64,000 nt of DNA. Origin: Bacteriovoracia bacterium (lineage in GTDB: Bacteria; Bdellovibrionota; UBA1018; CAIPTA01). Location: assembly GCA_050246755.1 (NCBI GenBank), contig JBFWVL010000002.1, forward strand, positions 192,001 through 256,000. The letters run 5' to 3'. Under the pieces are notes generated by a model. It worked only from the letters and a program-made list of their open reading frames with translations. It was not told the DNA's origin and did no database searches. The translations under genes were made by a program, and so were the position numbers. Shown here one piece after another: positions 56,513 to 64,000 of this stretch (the stretch's first letter is position 1; every line of letters starts with the position of its first letter).

Positions 56513-57397
56513 TTAGACTGCAGATTCACTGCTAAAGTCCATAGGCTCGGATGACTCGGGTAGTTCTGCCTTTTTGATCTTCCGGGCCTTCTCTGGGGGC
56601 TGCGTAAGGGATTTGATTCCGTCTTCAATCCAAGAGCGATATTTTCCAATACTAGTGTAAGCCGTATAACGAAAGCCACAGAAGAGGGAGGAGTCCGCAT
56701 AGAAAGCTGCCGAGGCCACGCCCAGCTGCAAGGCTTCTCCATTTTCGTCCAATTCATAGAGAGGCCCGCCAGAATCCCCCTTACAACTTCCGCCCCTGTC
56801 TGTGTTTTCAATCACGAACTGGCCGAGTTTTTCTTTTACATCTATTTTTTCAAAGACATCCGTACCCGAAACGGGGGCAGACATCAGAACGGACCAATCA
56901 GCAAAACCGGCAACGCGAATCTCTCCCATATCGTGAGCTTCATCAACTAAGCGAATCGCTTTATAGGGGGACGGCACATCGTTTGGCAGCAGGATAAGGG
57001 CGAGATCATTATTTTTTCCTTGTGCGTCCAGCATCTCGCCGGGAGTACAACGCTCCTTGGGATTAGCTTTCTGACATGTTTTCAGCGTTCCCGCCCACTG
57101 CTTGTGAACGAGCACGTTAATGGGATCGTCAGATATCGGCCTTCCCCAATTATCTCGAGCATATTGGAAATCTACGCGCATCCAGCTTGCTGGCCCTTGG
57201 ATGCAATGAGCGGCCGTAAGAAGAATTCGTGGGGCGATAATAGTGGCGGTGCAGTCTCCGCCTATGCCACTACGAATTTTCACAGTTGATTTTGATATGC
57301 TGCTGACTGGATCTTCTTTTACTCCGGAGCTAACTGCGAAGGCCGCTTGTCCGCAAAACGAGAGAAGAATGACGAAGCTCATGCAGAAGGTACGCAT
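56513..57397 (-). CDS. Secreted trypsin-like S1 serine protease
   Basis: LTAAHC, DLAL, CKGDSGGP; signal peptide. Confidence 0.93.
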   Translation of the reverse strand: MRTFCMSFVILLSFCGQAAFAVSSGVKEDPVSSISKSTVKIRSGIGGDCTATIIAPRILLTAAHCIQGPASWMRVDFQYARDNWGRPISDDPINVLVHKQWAGTLKTCQKANPKERCTPGEMLDAQGKNNDLALILLPNDVPSPYKAIRLVDEAHDMGEIRVAGFADWSVLMSAPVSGTDVFEKIDVKEKLGQFVIENTDRGGSCKGDSGGPLYELDENGEALQLGVASAAFYADSSLFCGFRYTAYTSIGKYRSWIEDGIKSLTQPPEKARKIKKAELPESSEPMDFSSESAV

Positions 57398-57408
57398 ACC
57401 TATTAAAA

Positions 57409-57424
57409 TGCAAAGATGAAGCCA
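57409..57424 (-). promoter_or_regulatory. Candidate sigma54 promoter of the protease gene
   Basis: TGGCTTCATCTTTGCA, GG-N10-GC. Confidence 0.55.
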
Positions 57425-57709
57425 CGTTAAAGCTAAATAAAATCAAGAGCTTGTCTGGGTTCTATTAGCAGATATTGTAGAAGTTTTAGACGATTCGAGC
57501 GACATTCATCATTCGTTTTCGTTTTTTAGAAAGTAGCGGAGGGCGAACATCGATGCATCAAGATGGATGCGGTCGTCACGCACTCACACCGCAGAATGCG
57601 GACCGATCCGAGGCCAATCAAAATGGTTTTGCGGACATCGCTGCGGTTACGAGCTATAGACATTGGTTTGATGGACATCGATTTTTCTGTATTGCAGACT
57701 AACAAAAGC

Positions 57710-58147
57710 ATGAAGTTGATTCGTTACCTCTTATTCAGTGTAGTGGCAGTCGTCGCGGTAGTATTTGTGCTCTTTTCCTTAGTCCCGAGCGATGAGGTGA
57801 CCGAGCGATACGAGACGTATGCCGCAGCCAATGCGGCAGGTCTCTTTAGGAGAGGGTGGCTTCCAGGGGTGATACCTCTATCTTCAGAGAGGATTATCGC
57901 TTCGAACGATCTTGATTTGAATCTGTCCAGTGGAGAATTCTATTTTTCATTTAACGACAGAAATACATTCCTATCGCAATTGAGTCCCACCTCTCAAAAG
58001 ACGCAGAAACTTCTTGAGGAAAAGAAGAGAGATCTTTTGGACCAAGGATACAAATCCTACGAATTTTCCCAAAACAGAAGCCGATGGGTTTTTCTGGTTA
58101 ATCCCACCACGAGTCACGCCTTGTTCGTTATGCAATATGATCGTTAG
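57710..58147 (+). CDS. Hypothetical membrane-anchored protein (YbbD-like GWLP motif)
   Basis: N-terminal TM; Y.TY..A....LF.RGWLP..IP.S...I....DLD.N. Confidence 0.6.
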   Translation: MKLIRYLLFSVVAVVAVVFVLFSLVPSDEVTERYETYAAANAAGLFRRGWLPGVIPLSSERIIASNDLDLNLSSGEFYFSFNDRNTFLSQLSPTSQKTQKLLEEKKRDLLDQGYKSYEFSQNRSRWVFLVNPTTSHALFVMQYDR

Positions 58148-58270
58148 ACACTTGTTTGTAATACAAGCTTGGGAACTTTAAGTCCGGAAGATCTGATTTC
58201 TTTGAAGACGGCATTCACTATTTTGGGTTCAAATAAGCAATTGAATTGATTCAGCACCCGTAAAATCCGC

Positions 58271-58318
58271 CAAATAAAAATCCGACGCCCCGTGAGAGGG
58301 TGGCGGATTTTTATTTTG
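58271..58318. terminator. Terminator-like hairpin
   Basis: AATAAAAATCCG...CGGATTTTTATT inverted repeat. Confidence 0.6.
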
Positions 58319-58380
58319 GGCAGATGGGAGCGGTGGACGAACACGCTTAAGGTTCGACGCAGGATGCGCGCGAGCCAGTA

Positions 58381-58480
58381 GGGATTCTACTCACTCAGTG
58401 GTGGGGAACGAGCATCAACGATCTAGTTACAAGCACTTAGTAATCGCAGCCGATAGTTTTGGAAGTTGCGGAAGCCGTAA
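58381..58480 (-). mobile_element. ISL3-family right-end remnant
   Basis: Minus strand encodes YGFRNFQNYRLRLLSACN* (ISL3 transposase C-terminal motif), followed by CCCCACCACT...GTAGAATCCC terminus. Confidence 0.75.
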
Positions 58481-58610
58481 CTCCAAGGGGCTTTTTCAAC
58501 TTATTTGAATGCTATGACACGGTGCCCTCTAGAGAAATTATCCCTTCTTGTACGCGAGATATCGATCGTAGAATATGCGTGTTGGCTAGCAAGACGATAA
58601 GTGTATTGGA

Positions 58611-59066
58611 GTGAAGCTAATGGACGTGTGGAATATAAACATAAAAATTATATATATGATTATTCTGGTTTATGGCTTCGACGCGATGGCCGTTTGCGCT
58701 TCTCGCAGCAAACCCGCCGAGCAACGTTTTTATATTTCCGAAGTTGAGCCCTTGAGATGCCCTTGCGTAAATTCAGACAATGCCCAGTCCATTTTGGAGG
58801 AGCAGGGATGCTTAGTTCGTGCAAAAAGCTGGTCCTGGCTGGGGAAAGTTTTAGGACAAAAACCTACTTTTGATCAAAAGGTGCTCACCAACCGCAGGGA
58901 TATTTGCGCAATTAAAGGAGAGGGCGAGGTTACGGCCACCCTCGACGGAGATTGCCATGATGTTATTATGGATAAGGAAATTCCGCCTTGTAAGTGGCCC
59001 CATGGAGGCCTAGAGCCAAAAAATATGTGTAATTTTTTTTACAGAGTAGAAAGAATGTTATTTTAA
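58611..59066 (+). CDS. Cys-rich secreted hypothetical protein
   Basis: Signal-like segment; PLRCPC, ICAIK...TL..DCHD; start uncertain. Confidence 0.65.
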   Translation: MKLMDVWNINIKIIYMIILVYGFDAMAVCASRSKPAEQRFYISEVEPLRCPCVNSDNAQSILEEQGCLVRAKSWSWLGKVLGQKPTFDQKVLTNRRDICAIKGEGEVTATLDGDCHDVIMDKEIPPCKWPHGGLEPKNMCNFFYRVERMLF

Positions 59067-59609
59067 ATGGTTTTCTATATGAATAATCGATCTATGGCTA
59101 TTTTTCTGGGTATGGGATTTGTCATTTGTTGTTTGAAATTTTCTTCTATCGAAGCTCTTGGCAACTGTCCGAATTTGGGGCCAGACGAAGGACGTTCCGC
59201 GAAAGTTAACGTCGAAAAAATAGTTCCGAGTGAATGTGAATGCACCACCAAAGACGGCACTATTCAAAAAATTAAGGTTCATGGATGCATTTTAGAGGGC
59301 AAAACCTTTCCCGCAGACGGGGGGCTCTGGAATAATATGGATGAAGCGCCTGGGTATTCAAATGAATCCAAATCATTTTTTCAGAAATTTTTTAATCTGC
59401 CAATCCGTAAGGAATATCGAAGTCACCGTCTGTTCGGGTCTATGTGCGATGCGAAAGTGGGCGATTCATTGGACGTTACATTGAGGTTTTATTGCCATGA
59501 TGGCGGTTCCTATTACGGAAAAATTAACTGCGACGATCCGAAGAAAGAGTCCTTATGCGAAGACAGTTATCTCCTGCGGAGAAGAACATATCTGCAATAC
59601 AGGCGTTAA
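59067..59609 (+). CDS. Cys-rich secreted hypothetical protein, paralog of the upstream gene
   Basis: PSECEC, MCDAK...TL..YCHD. Confidence 0.65.
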   Translation: MVFYMNNRSMAIFLGMGFVICCLKFSSIEALGNCPNLGPDEGRSAKVNVEKIVPSECECTTKDGTIQKIKVHGCILEGKTFPADGGLWNNMDEAPGYSNESKSFFQKFFNLPIRKEYRSHRLFGSMCDAKVGDSLDVTLRFYCHDGGSYYGKINCDDPKKESLCEDSYLLRRRTYLQYRR

Positions 59610-59698
59610 ATGCTGTGCACCTAAACCGAAATTATAATTCGCACGTCTGATTCCATGGGCCACTAGCATTACGAGCTCCGCCTAGCTATGCTGGCCCC

Positions 59699-61009
59699 AT
59701 GGAAAAACCCGCCCTAAAACGAAACATCGGATTACTAGCGCTCACGCTCTACGGCGTGGGCGATATCCTCGGCTCCGGCATCTACGGGCTCGTGGGCAAA
59801 GCCGCGGGCCAAATGGGTTCCGCCGTATGGCTCGCGTTTTTCATTAGCATGATCGCCGCCGGCCTCACGGGGCTTTCCTACGCCAGCCTCGGCTCGCGTT
59901 ATCCCCGCGCCGGTGGGGCCGCGTACTCCACGTATCGCGCTTTCAATAAAGCATTCCTCTCCTACATGGTGGGCTTAGCCGTATTGGCTTCCGGTCTCAC
60001 TTCGATGGCCACGGCGGCGCGGGTATTCGCCGGCTATTTCGTCGGTCTCGGCGTGAACTTGCCTTTGCCGATGGTGGCCGTGCTGTTTTCACTCGTGGTG
60101 GCCGCCGTAGTTTTTTGGGGCATCAAGGAGTCACTGGCGGCTAACGGGGTTTGCACTTTGATCGAACTGAGCGGTTTGCTCATCGTGCTGGTAGTGGGCG
60201 CGCGTTATATTGGCTCGGTAAACTATCTCGACGCCACCACCGCCGCTAATCCCGAAGGCAATATCAGCCTTTCGTTGATGCTCACCGGCGCGGTGCTCAC
60301 CTTCTATTCCTTCGTGGGCTTTGAAGACATGCTCAACGTGGCGGAAGAAGTGAAGGACCCGAAAAAGACTTTGCCACGCGGCTTGCTGCTGGCGGTGGTG
60401 ATTTCCTCGCTGGTTTATATCGGCGTGAGCATCGTGGCGGTATCGGTGATTCCCGCGGCGGAATTATCGCAGTCGAACCGCCCGCTGGTAGACGTGGTGG
60501 TGCGGGCCGCCCCTTGGTTCCCGGCTTCCCTCTTTGCGATCATTGCGATGTTCGCGGTGGCCAATACGGCGCTCCTGAATTTTGTGATGGGCTCGAGGCT
60601 GCTCTATGGGATGGCACGCCAGGGGCTAGTGCCAAAAGTTTTAGGAAAAGTTCACACGAATCGCCAGACGCCCCATATGGCGGTGATCGCGGTTTGGTGC
60701 TTGTTTCTTGTTCTGATTTTGAGCGGCGATATTTCTTCCCTCGCGAAATCCACCAGCGTTCTGCTCCTGAGCTGTTTCGTGATCGTGAACGTGGCGCTGA
60801 TCGTATTACAGCGAAAAGAAAAAATGGAAGGTACCTTCGAGGTGCCGGCAATCGTACCGGCTCTCGGCGCCATCGTGTGCCTGGCGATTCTGGCGAAGGC
60901 GAAGGCGGCGGAACTGCTCACGGCGGGATCTATTCTGGCAGTGGTTGCCGCGCTGTACTTCGTGATGCGCCCCAAGGCCCAGGCGATCGAAAATATGGAC
61001 GATGCTTAA
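59699..61009 (+). CDS. APC-family amino acid permease
   Basis: ILGSGIY, YPRAGG, FYSFVGFE, EEVKDP, SRLLYGMAR.G, TP. Confidence 0.93.
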   Translation: MEKPALKRNIGLLALTLYGVGDILGSGIYGLVGKAAGQMGSAVWLAFFISMIAAGLTGLSYASLGSRYPRAGGAAYSTYRAFNKAFLSYMVGLAVLASGLTSMATAARVFAGYFVGLGVNLPLPMVAVLFSLVVAAVVFWGIKESLAANGVCTLIELSGLLIVLVVGARYIGSVNYLDATTAANPEGNISLSLMLTGAVLTFYSFVGFEDMLNVAEEVKDPKKTLPRGLLLAVVISSLVYIGVSIVAVSVIPAAELSQSNRPLVDVVVRAAPWFPASLFAIIAMFAVANTALLNFVMGSRLLYGMARQGLVPKVLGKVHTNRQTPHMAVIAVWCLFLVLILSGDISSLAKSTSVLLLSCFVIVNVALIVLQRKEKMEGTFEVPAIVPALGAIVCLAILAKAKAAELLTAGSILAVVAALYFVMRPKAQAIENMDDA

Positions 61010-61187
61010 GAAGATCCTAAATTACTTCCGCGAGCCCGTGCGCGTGGCTTATATTAGCGACGATCGCTACGCCATGCCGCTCACGGTTTCCCTGCGTTCC
61101 CTGATCGAGAGCAAAAGTAATCGCTTCTACGTTTGCCGAATGGCTAAAGCGCACGAAGTGGGAAATGCCGGCTCACCTCAGGTTTGA
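61002..61187 (+). pseudogene. Truncated glycosyltransferase family 8 N-terminus
   Basis: VAYISDDRYAMPLTVSLRSLIE matches the GT8 first strand and helix; stops after 61 aa with no DxD motif. Confidence 0.6.
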
Positions 61188-61207
61188 GGCTTAGTTCGAC
61201 CTGTGGA

Positions 61208-62929
61208 TTATCTCCCCAGCACGGCCCCTAGATCCCGTGGATCGGCGGCGCCCCTAAGCACATTCCCTTCCCGCACCACCGCCTCCACGCGGCAGGATAC
61301 GGCATCATCGCCTAGGTTTAGCGTATAACCCTTGGCGCGCAGCTGGCTCAGCGTCTTTTCGCCGGGTCCCGGCAGATCGATGTCAATACGGTCCGGCATC
61401 CACTGGTGGTGGAAGCGGGGCACGGCCACGGCCTCGTAGATGGGCAGCTTATATTCCAGGTAATTCAGGATGGTTTGCGCCACGCAGGTGAGGATGCGGG
61501 TACCGCCGGGTGCGCCTACCGTCATGATTGGAATCCCGTCCTTGAGCACGATGGTGGGGCTCATGCTGCTGAGGGGAGTTTTCTGTGGGGCGATCGCGTT
61601 TGCTTCGCCGCCGAGCGCGCCGAAGGCATTGGCCACGCCGGGTTTTGCGGAAAAATCATCCATCTCATCGTTGAGCAAGATCCCGCTTTTCCCCGCTACC
61701 AGGGAGGAACCAAAATAGAGATTGATCGTTTGGGTAGAGGCCACGCTATTGCCTTCTTTGTCCATGATCGAGAAATGCGTGGTTTCGAAAGATTCTTGGC
61801 GAGGGCCGAGGCCCGGCTTGATGCTAGAGGAGGAATTGGCCCGGTCTCCGATCTTGGTGCGGAGGGTAGCCGCGTAGGATTTGCTGATGAGTCTCTCCGC
61901 GGGAACTTTTACGAAGTCGGGATCTCCGGGGTATTCGGAGCGGTCGGCGAAGGCGAGCTGCATGGCCGCGGCGGTGCGATGAATGCTCTCGGCGGAAAGG
62001 ACGCCGAGCTTTTTTAGATCGTCCTGCTCGAGGATATTTAGGATCTCGAGCACGTGGATCCCGCCCGAGCTCGGGGGAGGCATGGCGAGGAGTTCATAGC
62101 CTTTATAGCTGCCGCGTAGGGGTTCCCGCCACTTTACCTGATAGGCGTCGAAATCTTTTTGTTGGAGGAGGCCGCCGCGGTGCTTGGATTCGGCCAGAAT
62201 TTCCTGGGTGATTTTTCCGTTATAGAAAGCTTTTTTTCCTTCGGCCGCAATGAGGCGGAGGGATTGGGCCAAATTTTTTTGCACCAGCTTTTCGCCCACT
62301 CGGTAGGGAGAGCCGTCCTTCTTTAGGAAGATGGCGGCGGAAGTGGGGAATTGGGCTAGCACCTCTTTCTTCTGCTGGAGAGATTTGGCAAGGCCGGGAT
62401 ACACCTCGAGGCCATTCTCGGCTAGGTCAATTGCGGGAGCGACCACCTCGGACAATTTCAATTTTCCGAATTTTTGGTGGATCTCGGTGAGGCCGGCCAC
62501 GAGCCCGGGAACGGCCACGGAGAGGATGCCGTCGGTGGAAAGGTTGGGGATCACGCTGCCATCTTTCCCGAGGAACATATTCCGCGTGGCGCGGAGCGGG
62601 GCACGCTCGCGAAAGTCTACGGCGTAGGTTTTGCCGGTTTTCGCTTCGTGGAAGAGCAGGAATCCGCCGCCGCCGATGCCGGTGGACTGAGGGCGCTCCA
62701 CCGAGATCACGAAGGAGGCCGCGATCGCGGCATCGATGATATTTCCACCTTTGTCGAACATCCGCTGCGCGGCTAAGGCAGCCATTTTTCCCTGGGCCGA
62801 TACCAAAAAGTTTTCGGCGCTGCCTTCATAGAGGGCGCGGTCGGATGAGCTTTGCTCTACCACCAGGGGCAAAGTTTGAGCCGAGCTGCAGGAAAAGAGA
62901 AGCAGGAACAGAAGCGAAAATGGTTTCAT
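61208..62929 (-). CDS. ggt: Gamma-glutamyltranspeptidase
   Basis: GIGGGGF, DFRE.AP, PPPSSGG, ETTHFS (catalytic Thr), LNDEMDDF, PLSSMSP. Confidence 0.96.
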   Translation of the reverse strand: MKPFSLLFLLLFSCSSAQTLPLVVEQSSSDRALYEGSAENFLVSAQGKMAALAAQRMFDKGGNIIDAAIAASFVISVERPQSTGIGGGGFLLFHEAKTGKTYAVDFRERAPLRATRNMFLGKDGSVIPNLSTDGILSVAVPGLVAGLTEIHQKFGKLKLSEVVAPAIDLAENGLEVYPGLAKSLQQKKEVLAQFPTSAAIFLKKDGSPYRVGEKLVQKNLAQSLRLIAAEGKKAFYNGKITQEILAESKHRGGLLQQKDFDAYQVKWREPLRGSYKGYELLAMPPPSSGGIHVLEILNILEQDDLKKLGVLSAESIHRTAAAMQLAFADRSEYPGDPDFVKVPAERLISKSYAATLRTKIGDRANSSSSIKPGLGPRQESFETTHFSIMDKEGNSVASTQTINLYFGSSLVAGKSGILLNDEMDDFSAKPGVANAFGALGGEANAIAPQKTPLSSMSPTIVLKDGIPIMTVGAPGGTRILTCVAQTILNYLEYKLPIYEAVAVPRFHHQWMPDRIDIDLPGPGEKTLSQLRAKGYTLNLGDDAVSCRVEAVVREGNVLRGAADPRDLGAVLGR

Positions 62930-63128
62930 AGAAATAATCTACCAGGAGAATCTATTACTGATATATAAATAAATAATATTTTGTCAAAAAAATGCCGTTT
63001 CTCGACTAAAACTCTCGGCTCCACTGATAAATTCTTGCACCGTAGCAAACCCCACGACTTTGATGCCGCAGTTGGAGATAATGAAAGTGACCCGACCTTA
63101 ACAGGATGTTTAGGAAGAGGAGTTGACC

Positions 63129-63893
63129 ATGGATTCGGTCTTCGCAGGGCGCTGGATGGCGCGTGTAGTAGTGGGCTTTGGATTTATTCTCTTTACGGCG
63201 TGCGGGCCGCTCGCGGAGCAGCCGGTGACCGAGGGTGATACGAAAAACCCGGGGACGAAAACGCCGGGCACTACGCCCGGTACGCCTCCGGCCGACGTGC
63301 CGGAAAGCCCGGTGGCCCTGGTGGCCGCGCTCTGGGAAAAACCTCATCCCGATGATGGGCCGGATTGGACGAGTTACGCCTTCGAGGTGGTTCGTGACTA
63401 CGGCGCGAACCTGATCGCCGGCACCAGCGACACGAAAGATTTCTGCCCGGCGTATTCCACGCTCAATAAAGACCAAAAAATTTCTTTTTGGGTATACCTC
63501 GTTTCGGCGATGACGAAGTACGAGAGCGGCTTCGATCCCACCAACCGGTATAAGGAATCGACGATGGGTACGGATCCGGTCACGAAACAGCCCGTCTATA
63601 GCGAGGGATTACTCCAGCTTTCCTACCAGGACTCTCGTAACTATTCTTTCTGCAATCAGTTCGATTGGGAGAAGGACAAGCTGCTTTCTCCCAGGGATCC
63701 GCGGAAGACGATCCTGGATCCCTATAAGAATCTAAATTGCGGGATCCGGATCCTGAATCAGATCGTGGGTAGCCACAAGGCCATTGCGTTCGGGAGTGGT
63801 CACTACTGGGCGGTGCTGAAGAGCTCGAGCTCCCACCACCGGATCAAAGAGATTCAGGCGCTCACGAACCAGATTTTATTCTGCCGGAAGTGA
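63129..63893 (+). CDS. Lytic transglycosylase (SLT-like) lipoprotein
   Basis: Lipobox LFTAC; KYESGFDP, SEGLLQLS, LDPYKNLNCG; SD GAGGAG. Confidence 0.85.
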   Translation: MDSVFAGRWMARVVVGFGFILFTACGPLAEQPVTEGDTKNPGTKTPGTTPGTPPADVPESPVALVAALWEKPHPDDGPDWTSYAFEVVRDYGANLIAGTSDTKDFCPAYSTLNKDQKISFWVYLVSAMTKYESGFDPTNRYKESTMGTDPVTKQPVYSEGLLQLSYQDSRNYSFCNQFDWEKDKLLSPRDPRKTILDPYKNLNCGIRILNQIVGSHKAIAFGSGHYWAVLKSSSSHHRIKEIQALTNQILFCRK

Positions 63894-64000
63894 AGAGGTT
63901 GCGGCGGGAGCCGCAACGGGCGCCCGGTATTCGGCGATCAGGTAGGTGATTCCTAGCAAAGCTACCGAGACTAAAATCGGTTCCCAGCCCTTATTGCGCA
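63876..64000 (-). CDS. C-terminus of a probable membrane protein running in from beyond the window
   Basis: Open frame RNKGWEPILVSVALLGITYLIAEYRAPVAAPAATSSLPAE*. Confidence 0.45.
   Translation of the reverse strand, partial: RNKGWEPILVSVALLGITYLIAEYRAPVAAPAATSSLPAE

Noticed and set aside
63030-63120. c-di-GMP riboswitch upstream of the SLT gene
   Set aside because: GCAAAC is present, but I could not find the GNRA tetraloop/receptor pair or the second stem of the GEMM motif.

Overview
Gene-dense, GC-rich bacterial chromosomal segment. Its content suggests a Bdellovibrionota/Oligoflexia-like organism (inference): a TIGR02147-like regulator, a stand-alone HUH/Y1 nuclease, many orphan secreted proteins, PilT and numerous peptidoglycan enzymes. 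Most of 1-46.8 kb is housekeeping and envelope genes (yeaH/spoVR, yfgM-bamB-like, aat, mepA, rsgA, PNP/deaminase, pilT, dus, hslO, apaG, ampG, an MMPL-LolA fusion). The region 46.8-59.7 kb is accessory. Three observations stand out. (1) A 13-mer, ATACCTCTGCCCC, forms a small spaced array directly upstream of an HUH/Y1 (IS200/RAYT-like) gene and also occurs inside nearby genes in four different reading frames. (2) Four paralogous secreted proteins share a central helical domain and a C-terminal [ST][IL]F[ED]xVxxxY motif. (3) An MMPL transporter is fused to a LolA-like domain that keeps its own SD, ATG and signal peptide, next to an OM barrel gene and a secreted beta-rich protein. Two tRNAs (Thr-CGT, Ser-CGA) flank an ACP/MBOAT pair, followed by an AT-richer patch with IS481 and ISL3 remnants. 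All family assignments come from motif recognition by eye; no searches were run.
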